From: Paraspadella gotoi
Lineage: Eukaryota > Animalia > Chaetognatha
Reading direction: 5' to 3'
Length of the DNA: 64,000 nt
Assembly (NCBI GenBank): GCA_051294375.1
Contig: CM119268.1
Coordinates: forward strand, 7,526,632 to 7,590,631
A program made the translations under genes and the position numbers. This document shows, piece by piece, positions 1 through 12,200 of the stretch (its first letter is position 1; each line of letters begins with the position of its first letter). The notes under the pieces were generated by a model. That model saw only the letters and a list, made by a program, of their open reading frames with translations. It was not told where the DNA came from and did no database searches.

Positions 1-40
1 TAAATTTCTCGCCAAATTATATGGATAAAAAGGTCTTTAA

Positions 41-42
<2 letters not shown>

Positions 43-92
<50 letters not shown>

Positions 93-120
93 TTAATAAT
101 AATAATAAAAATAATAATAA
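43..120. repeat. (ATA)n trinucleotide microsatellite
   Basis: Visible ataataata... run; it explains the spurious poly-Ile ORF at 21-410. Confidence 0.9.
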
Positions 121-178
121 ACAACCTTTACACCTCCGATTCCACCTCCCCCCCAAACCCCACCCCCTTATCCTCCTT

Positions 179-2267
179 TCATTTCATAAAGAAAGACTTG
201 AAGGATTCCTTCACGTTATCGATCCCGTGCTGCGTCAGCACCTCCCCGCTGCTCCGCCGACTCCGCGCCGTCGTACAGTTGCATGTGAGATCGTGCTCCA
301 GCACGATTTGCTGGAGTTTTCGCTTCTCCGCCTCGAGATTCTTCACCAGATTGAGCTTCTCCTCGTATTCCTTCTCCAGCCTGTCGCAGCGGGCCTCCAG
401 CGAGACCTGATGCGCCTGCTTCCGCTGTCGGCAGCGGTTGGCGGCGATGCGGTTCTTCTCGCGTCGATTCTTCAGCTCCGAGTCGTCGATCTCGGATTCG
501 GACTTGGAGTGTTGACGCTTTAGAGGCCTTTGGGGAGGGGGGGGGTGAAGAGTGGCAGGAATGGGTGGATGGAGGAAGTAAAATGGTTACTGCTTAGTAG
601 TAGTAAAACTTCGTTGACAAGAGTTTTCAGTATCCGTCAATCACTCTTTGTTAATCGGTTTTTATCGACGCAGTATAGGTTTTTGGTCGCTGTACGGCTT
701 ATATATCGCGAGTACTCGCGGAGCAACTTTATAAGTCACTTTTCGGTCGGTCTGTCGGTCGGTCTGTCCCACTTACGTGAAAAACGCTTGAAATTTGCAT
801 ATATTTGTTTGTTCATTTGTTAAGTCAGGAAAAAACATCAAATCTAAGTGACTGCTAGCGCCGCCTTCAGGAAATCCTAAAAGTATAAAAAACAAAAGAC
901 GGAATTCCGATGCAGTGCTTGTCATGAATACACAGGCTAAAAAAGTTATTGTCGTTATTTAGACATGTCATGTCACATAATGTCATGTCACGTGTTAAGG
1001 CAGTCACTGCGGCGCATTTGAATTACCGTTCTTGTTATATTTAATATTTTTTTTTAATTCTCTAAATTAATTTTTATTAAATTAAATACAAAACTAAGAA
1101 AGAATTTTAATAATTTTTACATAACAATTTTTAAAAATTATTTTTAAATTTTTTTTTTTTTTTTACCTGGACCTCTTCTCGTCTGAGATGGAAACCGAAG
1201 TCGCCGAACTGAGATTAGTCGAAGGAGTTGAGACGGTCTTGTCTCTCGACGAAGAAGTTGAGGAGAATGTTAGGTAGGAGGAGGAGGAAGAGGAGGAGGA
1301 GGAGGGCGAGAAGATGGAGAGCGATGGAGTCAGAGGTGTAGTGGGAGATCTGGCCGCCAGCTTTTCCCTAAACCGATTAAAAAAATCGATCAAAATGACA
1401 ACCAATCAACAATAAATTGCTCGATCGATCAGTTTGATCAATCAATCAATTACAAAATCCAGAATCAATTCCATCAATATACCTCAACGCCTGTTTGACG
1501 GTCGGCGAAACCGGACTATTAATTTTGCGCGCTTCTTTCATTTTCTCGGCGACGCCGGTTACGTTTCCCTTCGGCCACGCCCCTTTCGGAAGCAGCTCGT
1601 CGAAGCCGACGTCGACGCGATCGACGCGAAGCGTGCCCGGTCGGCGCGGCCGCAAGTCTGGCAGGCTCGAGGGACCTCTGACGGTCTTTTCCAACGTCAC
1701 GGACGGCGCCGCTACTAAGCCCGAGGACGAAGTCGCCTCGAAAGAGGTCTGCGAATCGTCCGATTGGCTCTGCGATTCCAGGGAGAAAAAGGTGAAGTCG
1801 GAAGAGGTCGTCGACGAAGGCAGAGAGTCCAGAATTCTGTCGGGTGGGTCGAAGGTCGTCGCTGCGACGGCGGTCGAGTCAGCGACGGCTACCGAGGCGA
1901 TGTTGACGGAAGGATCGGCGGCGGGAAGAAGCCAACCTCCGTCGGCGAAGGAGGAATAAGCGCCGGGCGTCGACAGAGCCGGCGAGTCGAAGGATGATGT
2001 GGACGAGAGGCTGGAGAAAGAAGACGCGAGGGAAAAGTAGGAGGAGAGAGACGAAGAAGATTCGGCGCCGGAGCGAAATTGAGAATCGAAACCCGGAGAC
2101 GGCGGCGCCTCGAGTAAAAAGGTGTTTATCGTCAGCGCCGCGGAGGCATCAAGCGTAGAGGCGGCGTCGGTTCCGTCGGTGGATGGAATCGCGGCGTCGA
2201 CGACCATCGAGGATATGCGGCGCTGAAAGGATCGGGCCGCGGCGGCGGCGTCGAGGGCGCTCATCAT
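179..2267 (-). CDS. Fos/ATF3/JDP2-family bZIP transcription factor, 3 coding exons (2267-1483, 1367-1167, 527-179)
   Basis: The last exon is not in the ORF track. Read by hand on the minus strand it gives ...ELKNRREKNRIAANRCRQRKQAHQVSLEARCDRLEKEYEEKLNLVKNLEAEKRKLQQIVLEHDLTC...FFMK*, i.e. a basic region, a zipper and the terminal H-x-x-x-C typical of Fos/ATF3. The exon1/2 junction gives SPTVKQALREKLAARS, resembling the ATF3 PFVKEELRFAI motif. Both GT-AG junctions are phase-2 and keep the frame. Confidence 0.82.
707..1033 (+). mobile_element. Dispersed ~320 bp non-autonomous repeat (copy 1), in intron 2 of the bZIP gene
   Basis: Colinear similarity to 35757-36069 (cgcggagcaac...aagtcacttt...gtcggtctgtc...ctagcgccgccttcaggaaatc...gaattaccgttctt). 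It has a short GTCG/GTCT repeat near one end, as in DINE-1/Helentron-associated elements. Confidence 0.7.
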
Positions 2268-2899
2268 CGTTTGATTGTCGTAGTTAATGTTTTTGTTTTT
2301 ATTTATGTTGCGAATGACCAAATTTAGAAAAGAAGATGCGGACCACAAACTTAAATCGGTTCGAAACGAAAAACCGAGTCGAAAATTTGGTGAAGCGATT
2401 CCAAACCTCGTCTGGTTTTTCCAAGAAATATTCAAACTCGACAAAATCGGGTCTGGTCTGTGGAAGGGACGAAGAGAAAACAGTTATTCGATCATTTGAT
2501 TTGTTTTGTTTAACGATAAAAAGTTTCAATGTCAACGTTTTTTTTTCCTCTTCGTAGGCGGGAGTATCGGCCGGTTCGGCGGACGAATTATCGTGCCGGT
2601 TGTTATCGAGATAAACAATAATCGCCCCACCTCCTTCCACAACCCCAACGACCCCTTTTCGCAAAAGCAGCGACGGAAAAAAAAGTTTGCTCCAGATACC
2701 GAAACAGGCGGGTTGCATCCGGGGAAAGAGACGAAAACTCCGTATCAAGGGGGTTAAAGCTAAGGGGAAAGAAAACGTTGGCAACTTGTTCTCTGCCCAC
2801 GTTGAAAAGGGGACTTTACGCTCTCCCTTTTCTCAGTTATCTCGCTCTTCCCCTTCCCACCATTTCTGCCGGGTTTACTTCCTGCTCTTCCATCGGGAA

Positions 2900-3370
2900 T
2901 CCCTTCGTCGTGTTTCCCGAAAAAGAGGCGGAGCTTGTCGACGTCACGGGATCGTACGAGGTTCCTATGTCGTCATTTTTCGCCAATCAGCGTCGAGAAC
3001 GAAGGCTCGTCGGCCGATCTGGTAAGAGCGACGATAATTCGGACGACGCGACCGGTCCAATCGTGGCCTCGCGTGGACGAACTCGTCCAATGGCGTCGCC
3101 GCGATATGACTTCATCCGCGGATTAGAGGAGATTGAGTCACGGGAGTATAAAACCAGACTACGGGAAAAAGGTTTTACTTCAAAGTAGAAAATTGTCCAT
3201 CGAAAGACCAAAAGTTCGCTACGGGCGGTTGATAATTTTAACCAATGTTACTTCGAGCGATGTTTATAAAAAAAATAAACAACACTTTCTAAACATAAAC
3301 AAAAAGCCACCAAAGTAAACAAACAAAACTTCCCGCGTGAGAAGAAAAAAAAAACAAAAGACTATAAAAC
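2900..3370. promoter_or_regulatory. Shared divergent promoter region of the bZIP gene and jun
   Basis: GACGTCA (~2940), CCAAT (~2983), TGACTTCA (3107-3114), a perfect AP-1 site TGAGTCA (3134-3140), and TATAAAA at 3147 and 3363 on the jun strand. Confidence 0.55.
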
Positions 3371-4180
3371 TCTCAACGACGCGAATCTTTTCTTTCAAAA
3401 CCAAAAAAAGCGACATTTTCCGCCGCCGTCGCAATTTTCCACTCGACGAATCTCACTTGCCCCGAAGGAGCCAGGCCCTTCTATCGCGAAAACAGCCAAC
3501 CCTTCCTCCTCCTCCTCCTCCTCCTCCTCCTCCTCACCAACTCTCTTAACTCTTGTGCCAGCGAAAAAGAGAGAGAAGCTAACGCAGACAACACACACAC
3601 ACACTCTCTTTCTCTCTCAAACCTCCCCGTCTCGCTCTCGCTCTCCTCTCTCTCTCTCGCTCGCCCCGAGAGAGAGCCGCACAACCAAATAAGACTCTTC
3701 CTCCCTCTTTGTCTGCCACGGGGCCTCCTCCTCCTGCCACGACAAGCAGGGGCCCATCCCTCGATGAAATAAAGAGAAGTAAAATAAAATACAAGAGAAA
3801 AAAAAGAAGAAAAATTCGTAACTTCCTCGACTCTCCTTGAATGCCTTTTACTCCCCGTCTTCACGAAATACTAAACAATAAATTATAAAAGAAAAAAAAC
3901 TCGCTAATTTCCGTGAACGCCGTCGATTCTCTATAGGAAAAATATATGCGTGCCTCAGCGACGCTTTTTCCTCCCTATTTTTGCGACTAAAACGCCTTAA
4001 AAAAGATACATTAAGAAACAAATCTGCTATATATAACAAACTAAGCATTATATCGAACTCTCCTCGAGCCCGTCTTCAACGGACGGCCTCCTTCATAATC
4101 GCCTTTGAAAAGACTTCGAAGAAAGAAAGACGCCCCTTCCGAATCTTCCTCCTCCTTCAACCCCCCAACCGCCCGTCACA

Positions 4181-5485
4181 ATGATGGAAACGATCAATTC
4201 GCCGACGGTTTTCGAGCCGAGCTTCCGGTCCTCATCCTCTGACGTCTCCCGCCTCAAAAACTCGATGAAATTGGACTTTAGCCCCGCGGCCGCATCGACA
4301 AGCAAGACGAAGAAGGCGGCGCAGGCCAACTGTGCTGCGCTGCTGGCCTCGCCCGACTTGGCGATGCTGAAGATGGCTTCGCCCGAGCTGGAGAAGATGA
4401 TCATGGCGCAGCAGCAGAACTTCTCTGGCTCTGGAACGACGCCGACGCCCACCCAGTTCATCTTCCCGAAAAACGTGACGGAAGAGCAGGAGCAATACGC
4501 CAAAGGCTTCATCCAGGCGCTGGAGCAACTCCACCGGAACGGACAGATGGCAGCATCGGGCGGCGCGACGGGATCGTCGACGACGCTGGTGACGGTCGTG
4601 GACAGCGCCAAGGCGGGACCTTTGCCCTCGGCCGATTCCGGCTACAACCTGACGACCCTTTCCTCCGCGGGATCCTCCTCCGGCAGCAGCAACAGCAGCG
4701 GTGCCTCCAGCGTCCACTCATTCAACCTCTCGCCGCCCCATCACCTCGCGGCGCCGTCATCCTCCGCGGCGCAGACGCATCCGCAGCAGCACCACTCGCT
4801 CGGACTCCCTCGTCCGGTCGACTTGACTCAGTCGCACGCCTCCGTCCCTCACGTCCAACTCCACGCTGCCGCCGCTCCCGCCGCCACTCTCGTCACCTCC
4901 CTTCCCGGTTCCAATCGATCGTTGCCCGGCTCCATCTACTCTCAGTCGGGCACCAATCACTCTCTGTCCGTCGCCAATCACTCTTTGGCGTCGCAGTTCG
5001 CCGCCTATTCGATTGCGTCCTCAACTCAGCCCGCCGGCGTCGTCGTCGGCGCTCGCCATCCCAACGCCGCCACCGTCGTCGTCGTCAACAACAACAAGAC
5101 GGAACCGACGACGACAGCTTCCATGATTCCGCAGCCGGTCTTCGCTCACGATCGCGTCTTCCAACTCAAGGGCGACCCGGATGTAACCTCCTCCTCCCCT
5201 TGCTCCTCTCCGCCCGTTAGCCCCATCAACATGGAAGCGCAGGAGCGAATCAAGCTGGAGCGGAAGCGGGCGAGGAACCGGCTTGCGGCGACCAAATGCC
5301 GCAAGCGGAAGCTGGACCGGATCGCGCATCTCGAAGGAAGAGTGAGCGACCTAAAAGAAACTAACGTCGACCTGGGCAAAGCGGCTCAGGAGCTTCGGCA
5401 TCAAGTATCAGAACTTAAGAAACAAATCATGCAGCACTGCAAGAGCGGTTGTTCGATGCCCTTCTTCGGCGAGGATTCCTTGTGA
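4181..5485 (+). CDS. jun: Transcription factor Jun (AP-1 subunit), intronless, 434 aa
   Basis: Delta/JNK-docking-like LKNSMKLDF; [21 protein letters not shown] (S63/S73 equivalents); TTPTPTQF; [20 protein letters not shown]; [43 protein letters not shown] followed by a leucine zipper ending MQHCKSGC. Confidence 0.97.
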   Translation: MMETINSPTVFEPSFRSSSSDVSRLKNSMKLDFSPAAASTSKTKKAAQANCAALLASPDLAMLKMASPELEKMIMAQQQNFSGSGTTPTPTQFIFPKNVTEEQEQYAKGFIQALEQLHRNGQMAASGGATGSSTTLVTVVDSAKAGPLPSADSGYNLTTLSSAGSSSGSSNSSGASSVHSFNLSPPHHLAAPSSSAAQTHPQQHHSLGLPRPVDLTQSHASVPHVQLHAAAAPAATLVTSLPGSNRSLPGSIYSQSGTNHSLSVANHSLASQFAAYSIASSTQPAGVVVGARHPNAATVVVVNNNKTEPTTTASMIPQPVFAHDRVFQLKGDPDVTSSSPCSSPPVSPINMEAQERIKLERKRARNRLAATKCRKRKLDRIAHLEGRVSDLKETNVDLGKAAQELRHQVSELKKQIMQHCKSGCSMPFFGEDSL

Positions 5486-6132
5486 TACTTTCGAAACGGC
5501 GAGTGTCAACGAACGCGGAAAAAATAAACAAACAAACAAACAAAACGCTGGTGTTTCCAAGTTCCGCACCGTCGATCCGAATTTCGAGTTTTATTATCGT
5601 TTGTTTGGAACCTAATTCGTTTGTTCTGTCGAAAGTTTAGAGAAAACATTGATGACGATAAATATATTTTTTATGAATTTACATTGTTGAACTACTACTT
5701 TAAAAAGGTTATCTGAGTATGAAACTAAAGTTACTTTACTTCAATTACATTAATTATTGCGGTGTTTAAAGTTAAACTTTTTTTAAGTTATCGATGTTAA
5801 CTTTGATGAAATTTATTGTAAAGATGACCTTGTGTCTTGTCATAGAAATTTTAACATTTCTCAACTCATTTTTTAAAGAGAACAAAGTTCAAGAAAATGC
5901 AATATTTTTAGTTAACTGTAAATTGTAAAAACTGAAACATTTTTTTAATAAATATTATTAAATTACGAGTGTTTCGACGAATTTTCTTGAAACTTTGTCA
6001 ACAATGTCCACTGTGATTCTAATGAACAGGAAGAGGATGAAAACTCGTATTTTAAGTTCATCAGGATAGTGAAAGGCTTTTTCTTTCTCGCCCTCTTCTT
6101 TCATTTAGTAGCCTTTTCTGGTTCCCATTATT

Positions 6133-6216
6133 TCGACAACATGTCCGCTCATGTCGATAACATGCTCGTTCATGGGAATAACATGTCTCTTCGTGTTGAT
6201 AACATGTTCGTTCATC
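6133..6216. repeat. Degenerate 21-bp tandem repeat, 4 copies, each with AACATG
   Basis: tcgacaacatgtccgctcatg / tcgataacatgctcgttcatg / ggaataacatgtctcttcgtg / ttgataacatgttcgttcatc. Confidence 0.75.
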
Positions 6217-7875
6217 TCTCATTAATTTATTTCGCGTAGTAGTCATTGTTTTTTGTTTTCTTTTATTTTTTTTTTAATTTCGGAAATTCATTTTTTTTAC
6301 ACAACGCGTCTTTTTTCTCCTTTGCCATATTTTTGCTTTCGCTTGTTAAAAACAAACACTTATTGTCAAATAGGTTGGCAATTGTCTAAAAGTTAATTAA
6401 AAAGCCTTATGCGTGTATGCTGAAGCTTCGAAAAGTTAAAGGAAACACTAACTGCTCAATATGAGTGGGCCTTTTTACCACTAATAAGCTATCTTGTCAA
6501 TGGTGTTTCTTTCGTTCCTTTTTTTTTTTCGCTTTCGACAAAGGAAAAAGCACTACGCATTGTAGTTTTTCAGTGCCATTTTCTCACTTATAATTTGTAC
6601 GCAATAAACAAAATTTCATACTTCCACTTCATGATTATTTCTGATCGTTTGGGCCATTGTAAATCTCTTGTTGCAATAAAATAAAAGGTTTTGGTGATAT
6701 TTCTCAAACAGCGAATTACTCATTTACCTTGAAATAGCGAAAGTCAGTCAAGTGCTTAAGAGAAGAACGAGTTAATTGGGAGTCATTGCGTGGATCGTTG
6801 CATGAACGATGAGTCATGCTTGTATTTCCTGTCTTCGAACTAAAAAAACCTTTCTAACGCCGGATGACTCTGACGAATAATCAATTGCCAAATTCAAGAG
6901 TTCAAAGAGTTCATATTAGAAAGTTTGAATTTAAGTTAAAACTATTTTAAAAAGAGGTTTATTTTACATTTATCATATTCTGAGGCTAGTTTTACATGGT
7001 CGGCGATTAAAACAAAAACAATTATTTAGCCGTTACTGTAACATGGCCATTTTATTTAGCGCCAAACTTGTATTCGTAGCAGGAGGAAGAAGTTACAGGA
7101 GAAACTCCCTAATCGCCGCATGCGGGCTTTTCTCTATTTCGATTAAGATTTCTCTGTACTTTTTCTTTTCATCTATTCTGTATTCGTTCTTTTTCGGTAT
7201 GCATAATATTCAACAACCCAGTTCTTGGCCGTTGGAATAATCTCACGCACGCTGGAGGTGTTTTCTTCTTACCTATTTGTCCTGATCTGAATTTACTGGT
7301 TTTAATCCTTCCAAGATATTGGCAGACAAGAAGATTATCTTTGTTCTCTCTCGCTCTATTCCTTTAAAAAAAAGCATAGTTGTCCTTCTTTCTCTCTCTC
7401 TCTCCCTCTCTCCTCCAGTAAGAATCTGGAAAATTTGTCGCATTCTCTTTGGGTTTAAATCAAGAGATTCTGCTTTGGGCGTCAGGAAAGAAGCTTCTTA
7501 TCTCGGCGGGAAGGAAAGGTGGAGGGGCGCCTCACCAAAGATAAGTGTCGGGGATGCGTGTTAAAATACATAATTTGTAGAGAGCCAATCGTTTCAAGGA
7601 CACTGACAGAAAAAAAAACAATTATCGCAGCCCGAAATGTCAAAAGTTTAAAATAGCCTAATTAATGTGATCAATGCTTAGAATAATCATAATAATTAAT
7701 AAGACTAAGTTTATCCGTTTCTTCGAATACTCAAAACAAGGTTGAATCTACTCTGACCTCAAAACGGATTTAATTTTTTTTTCTGGAACGAAAACACTTT
7801 TTCTTTTCAAACGAAAGGTTTTTTCCAAGCCCATTCCATCCTATTTCTAAATCCTATAAATCCATTTTGACAGCC

Positions 7876-7994
<119 letters not shown>

Positions 7995-8196
7995 GTCACT
8001 AGTAGAAGGCTTGGCTCCGACCATTCGAGAAAGCCGCCGAACAGACAGAAGTTCAAGCATAAAAAATTGTCTTTCAGTGTATTTTCAAGCCCAATTACTT
8101 CCGAAATTAGGTTTGAAGAGTTTAATCTTTTTCGTATCATATAAAGACAGGCGCATATTAATACTTGGTTTTTAAAAAAAATATTTTTTACAAAAA

Positions 8197-8227
<31 letters not shown>

Positions 8228-9238
8228 NNNNNNNNNNTTTTATCTCTCTCTTTTATCTTCTATTATTTCATTCTCTCTATCTCTCATACAGGATGCAGGA
8301 TATTTTCAACAACCGGGATCAAGCTTAACCGCAAATATTTTCCTTTAGCCATCTCATGATGCTTTCAAAAATTAGCTCATGCTTTTTACGTATTTATCAT
8401 CAGTCAGAGCATAATAGAATTTACGTTTATAAAACACTGCAGTGTTTAATTAACATAAAATTCAATTTTCACAAGATAGCTTCAAGTCCTCTCGGTCCCT
8501 GTTTATGCCGATTTTCATTTTCATATTGCTTTTGACCCGCATGTTTGGTTCCCACTCCACCAGCAGTTCCCTATCAGAGTTACTCTTGACGAGCTTTTTC
8601 CTACTCCCTTTTCCCATTGATCATTTTGCATATTTACCTGAGGTGTATTTTTTGTATGTGTTTTTGGTAAAATATATTAAAATAAAAAAAAATTGGTGAA
8701 CCAATTTAGTAATTATAATGACAAGATTACGACCTAATGTCAGTGACATTGTCACAACGAGGAACTTAATTATCATTTGTTCTCTGAATCGTTTCCCTTC
8801 ATATTGTAAGAGATGTCGCCCCATCCTCTTCAGTATTAACAAAAGACTCTCGTTGTCTGCACTCTCTCATTTTCCTACCATCGATGCGATCGATTTCTTC
8901 CTCTTCCTTCTCTTTCGCCAGATTTCTCTCCCTCCTCCTCTTCCTCTTCTCCTTCTCTCCGCTTAAATTCCTTCCTCTCCTTCTCCCTCGATTCTCCTTC
9001 TTCTCCTTCCTCCATCGGCCCACGTGTTTCGTCGAAATAAAAGGAAGATTCTCTGAGTCTTATTCTCTTTTTCGCCGCCCGACCACGCCGGTTTCTCCTC
9101 ACACGTGGCGATTGTACCCGCAATCCTGATAAAAATTAGCGACGATAACTCGATATCGTTATTGTTTAGCTCGGACCCGGGATTGGGACATTCTCTTTCT
9201 TCTATTTTTCTCGTGTTAAATGTCCCTTTCCCCTCGCG

Positions 9239-12200
9239 ATGTTGGGCGCGCGCTACATCACGATTGTTTTACCGATGATCGTCGGCGGTATTTTCTTGTG
9301 GTACAAAAGACGGAAAATTGGAAAGAGACGAATGGTCCGTGACGTCGACGACGATGACGCCGCCGTCCTTGACGGGGGCGTCGATCGAGAAATGCCGGAA
9401 GCGACACCGACGGCCACACCGGAAACGGAAAAAACTCAAATAATCGACGAAACAGACGTCGATCTCGGATCGACGCTGATTTGCGTTAGCGTAAAAACCT
9501 CACCGGAAGTGGCGGAGCCGGATGTCGCGGCACTAGATGTCGCGACATCGGCCGACAACGAGAGAGACGATAAAAAGGACGACATCGTCGACGATGACAG
9601 AATCAAGGTAGACTATGACTCTGACGCGGAACTGGAGAGTTTGTCCTCGGTCCCCGTCGCGGATTGGGCCGAGGAGGACGTAAACATCTCCAAAGAGGAT
9701 CTCGACGAAGATCTAAAGACGATGCTGAAGAAGTCGCTGACGCTCAGCGACGAGTCGCCCAACACGCGGCTTAACCGGATTCGAAAGGCGTCGCCGAGGA
9801 GCGGCTCCAGCGACGCCGGATCCGATCACGATTGGCGCCACCGCAGCGGCGACGATCTCGGCTGCCGGCGTCTTCCGCCGGACTCGCTCGCCGCCACGCC
9901 CACCAAAAATGACGCCATCAGCCAGAGTCCGTGGAGTTCGGTACACAACACTCCGGAGAGGAGAACGCCGAATAGAAGGTGGGGAAAACTTTCATGATAA
10001 TTTGAAAAAAAGTGAAATGAATTTGGTAAAAAGAAAAATGGAAAAACGAAAAAGATACTAAGCAAGGAAAAAAAAATAAAAAAGACTTAGGAATTGTTTG
10101 TGCGGCATCAATGACTATAAGAACTTCTTTTCGTTTGAAGTTTTTAAAAATGGTTACTGAGCTTTGTGATTTAATCATTTATTTTATTTTATTTTGTTAT
10201 TGTTATTAGCATTTGTTTCCTTTCTGCACTCCAGTTATGAAATCATACTTTTTACTGATTAAATTAATTAGAAATTAAATATGACAACACCAAAGTAGAC
10301 ACGTGGTTCGTCTTAACCGTCCCTTAAAAGTTAAAATCAAAAGTTTTCTCTGAGACTGATAAGAAGTTCACTTGTTTAATCTCCTGTCAGTTTAAAAGAC
10401 GCGAACTTTTAATTCGGTAAATAATGGTGGCAACGAAATCCGAAAGTCGCTTCCAACCCCCCCCCCCGGGAAATCCGCCAGGTTCTCTTTTACTTTTCGA
10501 TATCTCCGCCGATCAAATCGCCCTTAATAATATCGAGAGCCTCGCACCGAATTTGAAATAATTTATAAAAGTTAAAACTCGGAATCTCTTGTAATCTTAT
10601 CTCCTCTCTGGATTTAAAATCCGAACAATCCCCGACTCTTTCTCTTTTTTAACTCGGACTATTAAAAACTCTTTTTTTTTTCTTTTATTACTAATAAAAA
10701 CGTTAAAACGTCGTTGTTAAAAATCCTCAAACCGTGCATTAAATGCCATGGATTCGTACGCTTCCAGGTATAGGATAATAAAATAGAAGCGACTCGATTT
10801 TTCTCGAGACAGAAACTGTGTTTAAATCGTCATCTTGTTAAACGGGATCCTCGACTGGTAGTCTCGAATAAATATGCCGCCCCCCCCCAAGATTTCCCTA
10901 GCACCAGCTCTAATCTTGCAACGACCCCACCCCTCGTTCCCAGACTCTTGCGGGGGATCGATTCCGACCCCGTCTCTTCGCCCACGACGACGGGATCGGA
11001 GAGGGCGTGTCCCGTCATCTCCTGCGTAGACTCCACGCCCTCATCGATGAGACGCAACGCAAGCGACTGTGACAATTGGCGCGAAAACATGGCTCAGTGG
11101 GATGCGTTAGGACCCAGGTGCATGTCGAGAAAGAATAGAAACAGAAATGGGGAATGGGGAGGTGTCTTGGCATTCATGGACTTGAAAAATGTATTTACAA
11201 CTCCCCTTCTCGCCCTTCATTTTAAAAAAGGTCAATACACAACTCGCCCTCGGACCGCTGCAGTACAACCTCTGGCGACAGCGGACGAGGCGGTTCGGAG
11301 GGCGTGCCCTCGATTTCCGGCCTTCCTGGCGAAATCGTTGTTTACGAATTCGAGTTTCCGTCGGAACTTTGCGGAAGGTGGGTGGATTTTACTAAGATCG
11401 AAATAAAATATTTCTGTAAAATTTTTTTGGCATAATGAGTTGCAATGAACTGATTGAAATGATAATAATGATAATTCAGGAAGGCTGAAGGGGTATGAAT
11501 TTAAGAAATAAGATAATACTGTCACGTGATATGAATAGTAGAATGCAAACAATTATTATCAACAAATTAATATCAAACGACGATAAATGATTATTAATTA
11601 AAGTTTTATTGATCGAGAAATACGCGGAAATAAATATTAAACGGATCCAAATGTTTATCGAAAGTTTGTGTCCAACACTGAGGAGCAATATTAACTTTGA
11701 CCACAATGCTATTAAACAAATAATAATTAACATGGCGATCTTCGACCTTCCAGGGGCCGATTCAATGATTAATCGTATCTTTAAATCTAGATTAACGTAT
11801 CGATTCTTCTCTTCCCAGGTTGATCGGACGCGGAGGCAAGAACCTCCACTTCATGATGCACGAGACGATGACGAGAATCATGTTGCGAAAGCAGCCCTTC
11901 GACGAAACCCATCAGGTCGTCAGCGTCACCGGCCGGCAGGAGGACGTCCAGGTGAGCGTCGACCGATGGGCGGAATGGATGACACTGAGTCTATCGGTTT
12001 CTTTCTTTAAAAATAAATTGTCAGCGTAAATCTGGAAATGATCAAACGCTAGAAAAAAAGTAATTAATAACAACAACCAAAGTTCTGGGTCGATGACCCG
12101 TTTCACTCTTTCTCCTTGACTCTTTCAGTCTTTGTAGGTATTTCTTTTGCGTCTCGACTTTTTAAACGATCAAGTCGAGATTATAAAAAAAATGATAAAA

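Noticed and set aside
21-410. Poly-Ile ORF and other + strand ORFs here
   Set aside because: These arise from the (ATA)n microsatellite and the antisense of the bZIP exon.
6040-6070. CTGATGA on the minus strand with a short downstream stem (possible second hammerhead)
   Set aside because: There is no GAAA core after the stem, so the motif is incomplete.
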